From Tubiluchus corallicola (lineage: Eukaryota > Animalia > Priapulida), in the NCBI GenBank assembly GCA_030141605.1, contig JAQGDQ010000037.1, positions 372,001 through 436,000 of the forward strand: a DNA stretch of 64,000 nucleotides. The letters run 5' to 3'. Below, piece by piece: positions 1-13,594 of the stretch (position 1 is its first letter; each line of letters opens with the position of its first letter). The translations under genes and the position numbers were made by a program. The notes under the pieces were generated by a model. The model was not told the origin of the DNA and searched no databases. It saw only the letters and a program-made list of their open reading frames with translations.

Positions 1-1811
1 GACTAAATGTGATAAAGCGGTAATGATTTTTGTCTGTATACTGTTACCTGTACCGGGTGAACTGCGGGCCTGCTCTTTATAGTTTAGAGATGCCTAATTG
101 TTTAGATTTACTATAGAATGACTATTCTTATTCTTTTGCACTTCAGTCACTATGCGATTCTTTTTACAGCGACATCAATCTATTTTATGATTTATCACTT
201 TCTCTTCTGATACCAACGATTTTAATTTTTTCTCTTATTTTCCATTTTTCGTGTGTTTTTGTCTCAATATTATATAGACATAGTATACTCCATATGAAAA
301 TAACCAATTTTTATTGGAATTTCAGCATGATCAATTTAGGTCAAGCTTTGCACACAAGTACACTCTATCACAATACTACTATGTAATGCTGAATATTACC
401 TGCAAACTTACTTTATTTAATGAACCCTAAAGCTAGCATATTTGATATAAAGCTGATCGACTGATTCGACTACTTTGACACTACTTCTAAAAACTACAGT
501 CAAAAACTACTAAGCTCTTCTCAAACCTCTCAGTATGCTTTATCCAATCTCAATGCGTGGTTATATGTGCCATATATGTGCACTTTCAAAACTTAAGCAC
601 ATTTTGAAAAAAATCCACATATTTTATTTAAGTTTTGCAGAAATAAAAAACATTTATTCATATACTAACACAGTAAAAAAGGACTAGCTATTTGCTTTAT
701 CAATAAAGTTCTGTTTTGTAGAATATAATAGGATTGATGTACTTATAATAATCTCTATATAATAATTTTGGTGATATGGGACACTTTATATATACAGTGT
801 TGCAGGTCAAATGTTTTGGTCCATTATCCCTTGCCAAAGTTGTATATGCATTAGAAGCCACAATATATTAGACTGTAGTTCAACAAGCTTTTGAAGCAAT
901 GTAGTTCGACTACTTTTTCTACTCTGACATTGTATAAGCGAAACTTGTTATTTGCACACCTCTCTGTTACATTTAAAATTTGACTTATAATTATACTGCT
1001 ACCTTTTGCTAACATTCTGGCTTTTTCTCGACTCAATATTGGACCAACAATGTATGTATGTATGTATGTAGCTCTTTAGTGTAACGTATTAATCTGTAGC
1101 ACTTATTTTTCTAGCACTTATTTCAGTAGTTTTGCAGAGGTAGTAATTGTAGACTACAGAAAATTTGTATTTTTGCAGAATAAACTAACATAGATATGGG
1201 GACGCAACATTGGTTTGAGCGTATACACTACATACAATGTCCTGCAACGGGCAAATTTCCCTGGGCCAAACTCCAGATTTTTTCAAAATTTGGACCCAAC
1301 AGTCTATAGAAAATGTTCTGGCCTCCTGGTGGAGGACTCTTGGATGAAGATATATAGCTCTTTGGAAAGAGGAAGAATGAAGCTAAAAGATGATGTAAAT
1401 CACATTTAAGGATGCTTCCACCAGGAGGAGCCACAACGAGTTGGTATGGAGGTTCCATTTTGGGCGATTTTCACTTAGAAGCTACAGTGACGTTTTCATT
1501 GTTTTGACATCATTCCTTTGTATTCTGCCTACACTTCTACTTATTTTATTAAGCTTTTGCTGGCTGTTATGATGTGTAGCATTGTATAAATGCTACAATG
1601 TTAGCCTATTGAGATCAGAAGGAGCAGTATGCAAACACTATGTAGAATGGTTGTGCATTTATAACAATTAGTGGCTGGGTCTAATATCATTTACACAATT
1701 TTGATAATTTAAAAAATATTCTATAATACACTAGGCTGTTATCTTTCTTGAATTGCTGTTATTGTCATTGTCATTGTCGCTGTCATCACCATAATCGGTA
1801 GCAGCCAGTAA

Positions 1812-2005
1812 AGGTGTAGTGTGAGTTAGGGTGATGTGGCGTAATGGGTATGGTGTGACGTGGTGGGTGTGTGTGGTGTGCTGTGGGCGGGATGGTGAGG
1901 TGGATATGGGGTTAATGTGGGTGCTGTGGTGTGGGTGACATAGTATAGGTAGTGTGGTGTGGTGGTTGTGGTGTAACACAGGTGATTTGGTGTAGTTGTG
2001 GGTTT
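1812..2005. repeat. GT/TGG-rich low-complexity tract
   Basis: Degenerate GTGTG/GGTG repeats; explains the spurious His/Thr/Pro-rich minus-strand ORFs. Confidence 0.8.
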
Positions 2006-2042
2006 ATGTGCAAAATTTTTGCATGATTTGGCTAATATATTA

Positions 2043-2958
2043 CAGTAGTCGCCGCTTAATAGACTCAATCGCTTAATTGACTCAAAAACGCCTGGAACGG
2101 GCAGCTTCTATTCAAATATACATAACTATATGTAATTGACTCAAATAACTTCGCTTAATTGACTCAATATTTTTCCTTCATGTACTTAAAGTAAGACATT
2201 TTGTATGGGTCCAAACAGCCTTTCCTACTTTTATGTCACCTTTACTTCCCTTTTGTGCATTATATATGTAGAAACAATCATATTAAGTACCGGTTTGTTT
2301 GTAAACAGGTACGTTTATCATTCGCTAATACGCTAATGTAGTGGTTTTGCTTTAAGTCTGTTACCCGCTCGCCCACTGCAATTAACCTTGTTACCCAAAG
2401 AATTTCTGGAAACTAAACATTTAATCACTTGCCTAGCCGTTTCCTTTTGATGCTCTAGTTGCAAATTTATCACGCTTTAAAGCTTAATCAGTTAACAGTC
2501 AAAAATGCAGGTACAGTGATGAGCCGGTATTCCTTGTGACTTACAAGAGTAAACATTGTATTGCAAATAAGAGCAATGTAAGTAAGCAGACGATTCAGAA
2601 CTGATTTAGTCATGCACAACAGATTTTCAAAGTTTTTATCGTTATGAGAACTTTGAGGGCCAACTTCTTTGCGAGAAAATGAAGCAGTCAACTTTGAAGA
2701 ATTTTTTGTAATTTTTGCAAATAAACAGACTTGTGTGATTTAGAAAAGTATGCTTTTTAATTATTGCTAATTCAGTTATATAAATTATTATTTTAAAATA
2801 TTATTTTCTAATTTTTAACTGCACAAAATTGATTAAAAGCCTTTGCAGTGCATAGTAAGCTGATGACTCATACTTCTATACCAAAAATACTATACCCATC
2901 GGTTAATTGCGTCAAAACACGTCGGTTCCAAAGTGAGTCTATTAAGCAGCGACTACTG
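2043..2958 (+). mobile_element. Internally deleted pogo/Tigger-like (Tc1/mariner superfamily) DNA transposon
   Basis: TIRs CAGTAGTCGCCGCTTAATAGACTCA (2043) and TGAGTCTATTAAGCAGCGACTACTG (ends 2958), each flanked by TA. Internal transposase scraps: SNVSKQTIQN*FSHA (2572-2616, like the pogo V..TI.NCF motif) and terminal KQSTLKNFL* (2682-2711). Confidence 0.85.
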
Positions 2959-3689
2959 TATTACATTAACACTTCGAATTAGCTTTATATTAATAGACCT
3001 AATTTCATTATTGAGAACTCACTAGCTATTTCAGATTCCTTGAGATCAATCTGTAGGTACAGGCTTTTTAAAGCTTTAATTTTAATTAATAAAGCTAAAA
3101 ACCTAAACAGTGCTCAGGTATTATTATTGCACTTTCTAGACATTTAGATTATATCTCGCTAGTTGCAGAAAGCTAAGCAAGCTTAACCTAACCTTTACAC
3201 AAATAAGCAAAACAGTGACACCATTGTGATGATGACAAATTGACAATGATTGAATCCTACATTCAGTAATGCGAACTTGCCTGCTTTCAGATAAGTGAGA
3301 GTTTAGCTGAGTGTCAAAACTAAATGTGAAGCAGCAATAAAACTGCACACTTTTTACATATCAGGAACAGTTGTTGCTTTTACAACCTCTACAACCTAAC
3401 TAGCCACACTCATCTGCTGATTATCTGTTTAGTCCAGCTTTTGCACAAAATGATCAAAAGTTTCGCATTTTACTCTGATACTGAACTTTCTTTTCTAGAT
3501 AGTTACTGAAACATTTGTGCTCCACATTCATTCTTGTGCCTAAAACAGCAGCAAATAGCCAGTAAATCAGAATGTATCAAAGTATGTGTAGCAATTCAAC
3601 TGGACATAGCAGGCTAAAAACTACGAAATACAAACAAAGCACTGCAAAGTAGAGAATCCTCTTGCAAGAATGGATCATACCTTTGCAAC

Positions 3690-4200
3690 ACAAAAACTTT
3701 TTCAAGTATTTATTCCTACAACCTTGACTTTTGACCTTATAAAAGAGAATCGACAAGATTCTTTCTCTTTTGATGGGTGACTTATACGTGAAAAATGAAA
3801 GCCTGGGGTCTGTTTTTTAGACTTAAAATACATCCAGAAGCTTTTTCAAGTATTGTGTCCAGTGACCCCGACTTTTGCGCCTTTCGTCTTAGATCCCATG
3901 ACCCTGATCTATGGTCTTGGAATCAAAACCTATAGGGTACTTGGTAAATTATTTGGGCTTAAAATGCATTTCAAGCTTTTTCAAGTATTAGGTTTTGTGA
4001 CCCTTACTGCTGGCCTTAGGACTTCAAAATCAACAGGGTTCTTCTGCTGTTGATGGGTAGCATATACATAAAGAAGTTTTGGGTCAAAAGTTGGCCTTGA
4101 AACTTGTTGACAAGTCCAACAGTAGAATTAGGGACAGGTACATGCACGAATTGAGGCGTTACTATATCCCCTCCTGTAATTTCAGGTTGTAGAGGTTGTA
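3690..4200. repeat. Degenerate interspersed repeat with TGACCTT/TGACC motifs and repeated AGCTTTTTCAAGTATT
   Basis: CTTTTTCAAGTATT recurs at ~3697, ~3841 and ~3976; ACCTTGACTTTTGACCTT at 3721. Resembles non-autonomous elements common in invertebrate genomes. Confidence 0.4.
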
Positions 4201-5112
4201 AACTGCTGACACATCTGATGATTAAATTTTGTTTCCATGTGTGCATTTTTAGTTTTTACTTTGCTTGCAAATTACGAGTGTCTATTGTTTCTTATATTAA
4301 ATGCTTTTGCATTCAAGTCACCACAGAAACGTAAAAAAGAGTAAAAAGCCATACATTCTATCAGCCACCATCTTTGATTGTCCATGCAGGACAGCTGGAA
4401 AGGGACAAAGAAAATTGTTCACAACTGATAGTTTTTATAAAGATGAAAGGAAACATGCACAATTGTGACTTCAGCTTTCACAAACAAAGCACGACCACTA
4501 GTCTTACGTGAGATATTGGCATTTACCTGATTTCTATTTGCAGCGCAGACAAATTTATACTGTAAATTTACACTTGGCTTGAAACTTTCGTAACAACTTG
4601 TCAGTTGAAAATGTTGCCTAATTTTGCTGGAAAATTGTAGAGTGAGTTACCTATTGACAGATTTAGGTGTTCTGCAGAAGCAATGCTCTGATTTCACTGA
4701 AGCCAAACAGATGCATACTTTTTGCCAAAGTATTACACAAACTAGCACACATGATATGCTACAATGGTATCAATCCTGTGGGATCACCTGTTTGGAACAG
4801 GTGACATGTATACGTGTTAGAATTTTATTAAAGACAGAGATTGCATGAATCTATCAATAATTATGTACCCAAATATAGCACGAACAACAATAGCAAACCT
4901 CTTTGGTTAAGAATAAACAGCATTTGCACACAGTTTACAAGCAAACACTTGACTACCAAGACCTCTTGACATACAAGAGATAGGCAAAGTTGAGTCAAGC
5001 GACTATCTGATGTGCTAAACAAAACTTTGAAACTAAGCTAGCCTTAAGTATCAAACATGATGCATGGTCTTTCTGTTAGTAACCCTAAGATACTGGTTAA
5101 GGCTGCTGATTC

Positions 5113-6033
5113 ACTGGTCAAGCCATTGACAATAATTTTTAAAAGTCTTTAACTACTGTGATATATCCAGTGATTGAAAGTTGTCTTGCAGTAGTCTGAT
5201 ACATAAAAAGGGACCAAAGAATAAACCTGCGAACTATAGGCCAATTGCAATTACGAGTAATGATGGCAAACTGCTGGGGAGGAGAGGCAGATCATCAATA
5301 TAATACTTGTGTACTTACAATCTAACAATTTTTTAAGTAGATCTCAACATAATAATCTACTAGAGTTCTTCCAAATACGTATTCTCCTCTTGACTCTAGT
5401 ATATCTAGACTTAGCGAAAGAGTTCGACAAAGTCCCACACAGGAGATTGTTACTTAAATTTGAGGCATATGGCATTCACGAGCAACCACTTAACTAGATA
5501 AAAGCATGACTAAGTGACAGATTCTAATATGTCAAAATTGAGGGATCTGCTTCATCAACTGTCCCAGTTCTATCAGGAGTGCCACAAGGAAGTGTCATCG
5601 GACCCGTGTTATTTCTCATCTTCATAGATGACATAGATGATAATGCTATTAGTCGGCTAGTAAAGTTTGCTGATGATACCAAATTAGCATGTCCAGTATG
5701 TTCTTCTATGCAAATTAGACAGTTTCAAGAAGATTTGCATAAATTCTGTGCATGGGCTGATAAATGGCAAATGGAGTTTAACATGCTCGATCGTAAATGC
5801 AAGGTGATGCACGTAGGTAATCACACCAATCCGGCCCAATACAGCTTTTGTGATATTGATTTGCCTGAAGTGACTGAGGAGGTGGATCTCAGTAGTAAAA
5901 CAGAAAACTAAATTTTTGCAGTCATAATCCTAAGAAGAAGATTATTAAGAGTAACAGAATCCTTGGGTTAATTAGCAGGGCCATAATTGCTAGTGAAAAC
6001 AAATAATGTAAATCGCTTTAAACATAAACTTGA
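5113..6033 (+). mobile_element. Degenerate CR1/L2-type LINE ORF2 (reverse transcriptase) remnant in COG3 intron 1
   Basis: Collinear RT motifs with stops and frameshifts: HKKGPKNKPANYRPIAITS, YLDLAKEFDKVPHRRLLLK, PQGSVIGPVLFLIFIDD, KFADDTKL, WADKWQMEFN..KCKVMHVG, terminal VNRFKHKLD. Confidence 0.9.
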
Positions 6034-6853
6034 TGTAAAACACCGTGATAGAAACTTCCTATTTCAATACCAGTTAGGTATATTAGGAAGAGTGTAAACC
6101 AACAACAACATAACAGTTAAATGGACAAAATTTTTTTTGGCTAACTTAGCTACTCAGTGGATGAGAGATTGGTGCAAGAGACGGAAAGAAGGGTTTACTC
6201 ACCTTGAAGGCGAGTTACAAAGATGAGTTATGAGTAACCAGTAGGAGATTACCTTGCTAATTTAAATAATCAGTAACGAGTAATTTAATTAGTTTTTCGG
6301 AAGTAATTAGTAATCATGACAAATTACTTTTCAAAAGTAACGAATCCAACACTGATTTTCTGTAGCCCGTATTTGTATATATTGCATTAAAGCTACACAT
6401 CAATCATGAAACTTTCTTCACTATAAATCACACTTGCAAAACTTTACAAGCACAGAGCCAACACTGAGCGATACAACTTTTATTACAAGTACAACTTTTA
6501 AGATGACGAAATAGATCTAGGGAATTCCCTATTGGAAGAAGTTATAAGACAACAAACAACTGGCAGTTTTTAAAATGCACTAGAGGTCTCCTATATTAAT
6601 ACCATTGAGGTATGACTGGAGGCAGATATAGGTTCTTGTTTATCTATCCAAGGGCACAATGAAGGCTTTACTATTTATGTGCAGGTAACGGTTTTGTTAC
6701 CAATAATTATCTAGTGTATACGGGTATAATAACTATTGGTTAAGTACTACTCTACTGTATAGGCTAATGCCTATGGTAACAGCAATGCATTAATAACTAA
6801 GTAAGCCTATTTAATTTAGTATTACTGTCATTGTGCCCAAGGAACACAACTAC

Positions 6854-7027
6854 CTTTTTCGGAAAAGGTCTAGCAGTAGTGCAAGACATTAAGTCAAGGA
6901 AACCATCTTTTTGGCTAGTAGTTAACGGTGCTCTTGCATTTCCTTTCGCATTCCATAAAGCAAGTTTATCTGCAGAACACTTATTTTGAACGACAAAATC
7001 AAAACTTGTCAACGTGGGCTCCGCCAT
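6854..7027 (-). CDS. COG3: Conserved oligomeric Golgi complex subunit 3, first coding exon (58 codons); rest of gene not found in the window
   Basis: MAE...DKLALWN.....APLT..QKD..L.L.......PFP resembles the human COG3 N-terminus (EKLALWD...APLTDRQTDSVLEL...PVP). ATG lies in AAGATGGCGG context; phase-0 donor AAG|GTAGTT after 6854. Confidence 0.75.
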
Positions 7028-7030
7028 CTT
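7021..7030 (-). promoter_or_regulatory. YY1-like motif (AAGATGGCGG) overlapping the COG3 start codon
   Basis: Plus strand CCGCCATCTT at 7021-7030. This motif is typical of metazoan housekeeping-gene starts but also coincides with a Kozak context. Confidence 0.45.
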
Positions 7031-10000
7031 TGTTCAATTTGTTGAAATAACAGCATCTTTTTGCGCGCTAATAGAAGTGCTAGCTGTAGACACCATCATA
7101 ATTGCGCCTGTCCAGTTCATGAATGTGTTCCACGTATGCCCCCCCCCCCCCGCGACTTTACGCTAGTGGCTCAGCAATGGAATAGTAAGCAGAAGACTTA
7201 ATTGTCACAAACAACCAAATCACAAAGGAAAAAGAAGGCTAAACTTACACTAATCAAGGATATGAAAGAAGAATCTAAGGAGAAAAGAAAATCAGTGTCA
7301 AAATAAGATTTTTGAAAGAAGATTTTAAAAAAAAAAATCGTTATGTATTAACTGGCAATAATGCTCAAGTGAGAGATTTTCGACTAAACATGATAGACGC
7401 TAAAGGAAATTACCCAAATAGTAGCAAAAGTAAGCCCGGTTGTCTTATTATGTTGTAAAAAAACTCTAGAGACATAAACATAGACATAGACATTGAACGT
7501 TCATTTTCTCCAATATAGTTTTACAGCAAAAGTTTGTTAAATATTAAATAACTGTAATCATGGAGCAGGTCAGGGAGAGACCATAGGGTCACCAGTCTCC
7601 TGCCCTTATAGATAGATTGGTATATTTAAAATAAATGGTGATGCTGCAGATAACAAAAACAAAATAAGAAAAAATAGTACAAACTATCAAAAAAAACTAA
7701 AAATAAAAAAATAAGTTAAATGCATAAATCTAAGCAAAAGAATACAATTTTGGGACAACAAAAGGTTGTAAGTGACGTAATGACCACAAAAACTATTTAA
7801 GTACAAAGTAAAACATTGTATCAAACTAAAACAAAACGAATGATGAGTAATTCATTAATTGAAACAAACTAATAAAGGTAAATCATAATCATTAATGTAG
7901 TCAAATTAACCAAAATCAATAATAATTAGGGGACTCGGCAAGAAACAATGAAGGGGACAACAAAATCTAAATGCAGAAATTGACTATATCTATATGGCGT
8001 TTGTTTGGGTAAAGAATATGAAAAATAATAAACGGTACTTGCAAAACATTTTTAATGTATAACAGCAAGAGACAACAATTTCATTTATTTAGTACGATTT
8101 AATAGATGAGGGAATTTTATGAATAAAACTAGATTATTCATTTATTAGGATTATTATATGTAGTAGTAGTAGTAGTATTACTGTCTGGAATGCTAATAGA
8201 AAAGAAATTGCAGATACACTTCTCTCAGGTTTGAAAATTTTGTTTCCAGAGTGCATATTATTTGAATTATGTAGCTATGCAATATACTGCACTATGATAT
8301 GTCTATAAGTTTAATCTTGTAACTCACATTACAAATTTACTGAAAAATAAAAATCATGTAACAACTGACACCACCACCACCACCAGAATGACAACTCAAG
8401 AGAAACAACGACAAAACAACAGCAAGAGAGAAAACGATCAATAGATAAACAGAGGCACAACAAAGGACGAAACCCTAGGCAAAACATTATGTAGTTATAG
8501 GCTTCACCCAGTCGATCTATGATAAAACAGAAACATTCAGTCCGACATCCAATTGTACAAAAATTCAATGCCACCTTACAAGTTTTGCTTTCTCACTACA
8601 CAAGAAAAACTAATTTAGTAATTTTTATAGCTAAACGATTTTTTCAAAGCTATTTTTAACCTACAGTTGATTTTATAGTGAATGCATAAAAGAATATTAT
8701 TATTATTGTTGTTATTATTACAAGTGAATGTTGCAACTTCATTCTGACAAATTTTTTGGTACGTTTGTGGATAATAAACTTAAAGGGGAAGAACAGGCAA
8801 TTGGCTGCACGTTATGGATTGCCATAGAAGTTTTACAAAGTTTTACAAATCTTTGCTTCTAATGCAAACTCTGGTCTTTTTCCCACCCTACGTTTCCTTG
8901 GCTTTCATATATTTTCTGTATTCCCTGTATGCAACAAGACAGCATGTAGGTGAAACTAAAATTGCAAAACAAATTTTTTAAACTTTGTTTATGAATAATG
9001 CTTTCTTATGCTTTAAGTAGCCACATAGTTTTTTATTGCATTGTGTAAAAGAGACTGTTATTTTCCGGCTGCTCTATTAAAATAATAATCTTTTTTATTA
9101 TTCTAAGCTCAACAGTTAGCATCAAGCATTGGAGTCCCATAATTTTTTTGAGGTGCTGCAAATTAATTACAATGGATTACAATGGTTGTATAGATCGCGG
9201 GTAAGCTTACGTGGTGCGCTTTGCTAAAGAGATCGAAATTTACCAAAAAAAGAATTCCTGCGCAAATTTTCCATTTGCACTGCCTAATGGAGCTCTTTAT
9301 TGCCACCTAAGATGCCGGTGCGTTTTACTTTTTGCACTTTTACTTAGTCATTATTTGTTCAGAATTTGTTTATTTGTCAGTATTTTTATGTTGGCGAATG
9401 CGTTTAATTTTCAGTTCCCCGTGGTTTCCTGTGACTGCTTTAGGTCTACTTCAGTGAGTCGATGAACAAACTTAGTAGAGTTTGCGAGCTGACATTTAAC
9501 TTTAGAATCAACTCGTGGCTCCAACTTGCTAGATAATACATAACTCACTTGCAGTTTGAAATGCCCGAATTATAGATCACTATGCCCATTGTTACTTAAA
9601 CTTAGGCTATTCTAATTTTTAATAGGTATAGGTGATTCTGCCAATTCGACAATAGTGCCTCAGAGTGTGCATGTTGCTTTTACGTCATTAGGCTTTTTAA
9701 CGTGGCAACAGCGACGTACAAGCAGTTTTGGAAACTATAAACTGCAAGTGTTATTCACATAAAATCATAACTTTATGGCGCATTGTATTTGTAAAGTGTT
9801 GCTGGCAAGACAGTGGTAAGCTGGCATAAAACTTAAGTGTCCATTATTTACTGAATGTCTGCTGTGCTTACTTGTCTTGAATGCGGATTCTTATATTGGC
9901 TTTCTGACTGCCAATAGTCTTTAGTCAAGCAATTCTTCAGTCCATACACCAAAATTTTGAAATTATCGTACAGTGTTATTATCTGCTAATAATTACGCAG

Positions 10001-10477
10001 ATACTGATGCCTAGTTTTGAAGAAAAATACTTGAGGTACAAAATAAGTGCTTTTAGAGTGAGCTGTGCAAATTTGTTGCTGATTTTGTTTTTTGATATTT
10101 TCCTGTAAAAATCTTACATAATATCCCAAGGATTGAAAATTTGGATCCCAGTGGTGTTTCTGAAACAAAAATTTCATTTTGGTTTGCCGATAATTGCACT
10201 TTCTGTTCAATTTTGTTTCGTCAAAAATGATTAAGTTTCGTAGGCGAAACTTTCGGTAATTTTCAGTAACATTTTTCCGATGTTTTAGTAGTATTTATCC
10301 TGCTCACCTTTCTTTCTCCTAGATGTTAAAAATCGCTGAAAAATCTTGTCTAAAATAATTCAAATGAAGCAAAAATATCATTCATTTAACTACTACGATG
10401 CTACTTGCGGGCTCCACCAACCGTTTAAGCATGCCATGCACTAATATTTTTTATGAGAATTTGTGCATCATACAACA

Positions 10478-10862
10478 ACAGATTTTCAACATTTTTATCA
10501 TTATGAGATCTTTGTGAACCAACCTTTTCGTGATGAAATGAAGCAGCTGACTTTGAAGAAATTTTTGTAATTTTTCCAAATAAACAGACTTGTGTGATTT
10601 AGAAATGTATGCTTTTTAATTATTGCTAATTCACTTATATAAATTATTATTTTAAAATATTATTTTCTAATTTTTAACTGCACAAAGGAATTTGGGCATT
10701 ACTTTGTTTCTAAAATTTATTAAAAACCTTTGCAGTGCATAGTAAGCTGGTGACTCATATTTCTATACCAGTAATACTACACCCATCCATTAATAAGTTC
10801 AGTCGGTTAATTGGGTCAAAACACTTCGGTTCCTAAGTGAGTCTATTAAGCGGTGCCTACTG
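10478..10862 (+). mobile_element. Second, 5'-truncated copy of the same pogo/Tigger-like element
   Basis: Aligns by eye to 2616-2958. Ends in GTGAGTCTATTAAGCGGTGCCTACTG followed by TA and encodes KQLTLKKFL*. No left TIR seen. Confidence 0.8.
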
Positions 10863-11734
10863 TACTACTATCACAAATTATTATCATGTTTGAATTTATG
10901 CAAATCTTTATTTACATTCTCACTGATTATTTATTGTTACTTTGTCAACGTTAACTAGACGAGTTGGAGATTATATCGGTAACTAGTTTTCATTACATAG
11001 TGGGCACCGGGTTCACCAAAAAGCAAAAACATAGTATTAATAATCTTTCATTTAATGTTTTGGATTCTTTGTACTTGATAGTGATAACTACAGCTGTAAC
11101 AGAAGCTCGCTTAAGCATTTGGCGGGATAACCAGATGATGCAATATTTCATTCAAAATGAGCGCGTCCGGCTTGAAGTGGATAAATTGGATACTAAATAT
11201 ATAAGATGCTTATGATTTTATTGCTGAAACTTTCTAACGTCTTTCTCAAATATTAAAATATGTTCAGCTTTCAGAGAGAGTTGTCTTTTGCTTTAAGGAA
11301 CTAACATGGGGAATGATCGCTTGCAATTTTTTCAAAAAAATATTCTCTATAATCAGTGTAGACCCATATAGTAACTGTAGTGACTATGTCTGAAATATCC
11401 ATCATTGAGTTTAACTTTTACGATGATTACTCTGGTTTACACACAAACACGCACACATGCTGGTTTACATGCATGTTCGACACCGAAAAAGAACTTCCTA
11501 CGCCAAACAAAAGTCATCTGCGAATAATTAACTTCAAATTAATTTAGCCTTTTAACCTTCCAATAAATAAATTTTATATTTGTTTTTGTATTTAGGGTAC
11601 CGGTATTAAATTATATATTTCTAAAAGCATAATTTCTGCGATTGCTTTAATAAAGATACTTTTTTCAGGCATGGTCTGTTAGCATTGTAGAAGCTTCATC
11701 TCATTGAATTCTAAATCACCGACAAAAAACAAAC

Positions 11735-12925
11735 ATGCTGCTCACACTGAAAACGTTACAGCAGCAGGTGTTCAAGGTAGAAATTGACCCATCCGAGACA
11801 GTTAGAGCTTTAAAACAGAAGATTGAAGCAGAGAGAGGTAAAGAATTTCCAGCAGACTATCAAAAATTAATTTACTGTGGCAAAATTTTAAATGATGATT
11901 CGCCACTTACAGAGTATAAAATTGAAGAAAAGAACTTTGTTGTTGTTATGCTGACAAAGCCGAAACCAAAACCAGCAGAGGCTGCTTCAGCAGTAGAAAT
12001 GACTCCGGCAGCAGCTGCTTCTAGTGCTGTAACAGCCCCTAAGGAAGAAGAGAGCAAATCTGAAACTAAACCAGCTGCTTCACCTGGGACAGAAAGTTCA
12101 GGGGGAACTGCACCAGCAACAGTAACAGCAGGAAATACTCCTGAAAGCGAGTCGGCAACTAGTAGTAATGTGGATTTACCTGGAGGAATCTCTCTGGCAG
12201 AGTCTAGTTTAGTCACAGGTGAAGAGTATGAACGGATGGTATCACAAATCATGGCAATGGGTTTTGAAAGAGATTTAGTGGTACGAGCATTAAGAGCTAG
12301 CTTTAACAACCCTGACCGAGCCGTAGAGTATTTATTATCTGGTATACCGGATATTGTGGATCCTGAGCCTCCTGCTCCAGCAGCACCTCCTAGTGCTGAA
12401 TCTGGCGGACAGGCTGCTTCTGGCGGACAGGCTGAGCAGGAAACGGGAGCCACCGAAAGTTCTGTCGGTACAACGGAGCCGACTCAAGGCGAGGCAGATG
12501 CATTAGCCTTTTTAGCTCAGCAGCCACAATTTCAACAAATGAGGCAAGCTATTCAACAAAACCCAGCCTTACTTCCGGCATTTCTGCATCAGCTGGGTCA
12601 GTCAAATCCGCAATTACTGCAACATATTAGCCAGCATCAGGAGAGATTTATCCAAATGTTAAATGATCCACAGGGTGGAGCACCGGCTAGCGGAGGTGGT
12701 ACAGGATCCGGAAGGGGTACCGGATCTACAGGAGCTCCCGCTCCTGGACAAGGACCTTTGCCTGGTGTGATACACGTTACCCCACAGGAGAAAGAAGCTA
12801 TTGAGAGGTTGAAAGCATTAGGTTTCCCTGAAGCTCTGGTAATTCAAGCATATTTTGCTTGTGATAAAAATGAAAACTTGGCTGCCAATTTCTTACTTTC
12901 GCAAGGCTTTGATGATGATGATTAA
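11735..12925 (+). CDS. RAD23: UV excision repair protein RAD23 homolog, 396 aa, single coding exon
   Basis: UBL ([18 protein letters not shown]...[13 protein letters not shown]), UBA1 ([30 protein letters not shown]), XPC-binding/STI1 ([17 protein letters not shown]), UBA2 ([37 protein letters not shown]). Good Kozak context (AAACATG). Confidence 0.97.
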   Translation: MLLTLKTLQQQVFKVEIDPSETVRALKQKIEAERGKEFPADYQKLIYCGKILNDDSPLTEYKIEEKNFVVVMLTKPKPKPAEAASAVEMTPAAAASSAVTAPKEEESKSETKPAASPGTESSGGTAPATVTAGNTPESESATSSNVDLPGGISLAESSLVTGEEYERMVSQIMAMGFERDLVVRALRASFNNPDRAVEYLLSGIPDIVDPEPPAPAAPPSAESGGQAASGGQAEQETGATESSVGTTEPTQGEADALAFLAQQPQFQQMRQAIQQNPALLPAFLHQLGQSNPQLLQHISQHQERFIQMLNDPQGGAPASGGGTGSGRGTGSTGAPAPGQGPLPGVIHVTPQEKEAIERLKALGFPEALVIQAYFACDKNENLAANFLLSQGFDDDD

Positions 12926-13594
12926 TTTAATTGCAAATCTTTGAAGTAATTAATTCATAAATGGTCATATTACTTACATACGTCCTCTGATTTTTAAATA
13001 TATTTTTTGTGGAAGCTCAAGGTCAGAATTAATACTGTTTCTTATTCTACAGCAATTTATAGTGCTTTTATAGCACAGCTGAGGAAATTTTATCTTCTAA
13101 CTGCAGTTACTTAACTTGCAAGTCACTTACAGCAAACATATATTTTAGTGGTAAGAGGCTGTATAGTACACCTAGAGCTATAATGTATTATTAACTAATT
13201 TTGAGAATGTTTGCATTTGGATTGTGCATCCAAGGTTTTTGGTTGCAGTTATGACTGTTATAATTTCTTTTGTAGTTATGCTGTGTGGCAATCTATTAGA
13301 AAATAATTTTTTATGTATCTAATGTAACAATATTTGACAATGATATTGTATAAAAAAAGATACACACAGCTGTCAGTGTCAAACCCATCAGACTTGTTAT
13401 GCTAATGGTTAAAATTACACTTTTAACATCCACTTCTTGCTTTCTGCACCATTATCTAATATATTTGTTTTAGAAAAATGAGCTCTAGAAAATATTCATT
13501 ATATCTAGCTACTTGGTTTTCATGTACTTACTTCTTGCAATAGCTGTTATAAAATTATTCTGTCGAATATTTGAACCATGACACTGTGCTGAAA

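Noticed and set aside
851-1036. 61-aa minus-strand ORF as COG3 exon 2
   Set aside because: No resemblance to COG3; the RLYN...FKSLL ending looks more like a decayed LINE ORF2 terminus.
1731-2068. His/Thr/Pro-rich ORFs
   Set aside because: Translation of a GT-rich low-complexity tract.
11872-12453. 193-aa minus-strand ORF
   Set aside because: Antisense shadow of the Ala/Ser/Pro-rich RAD23 linker; no independent motifs.
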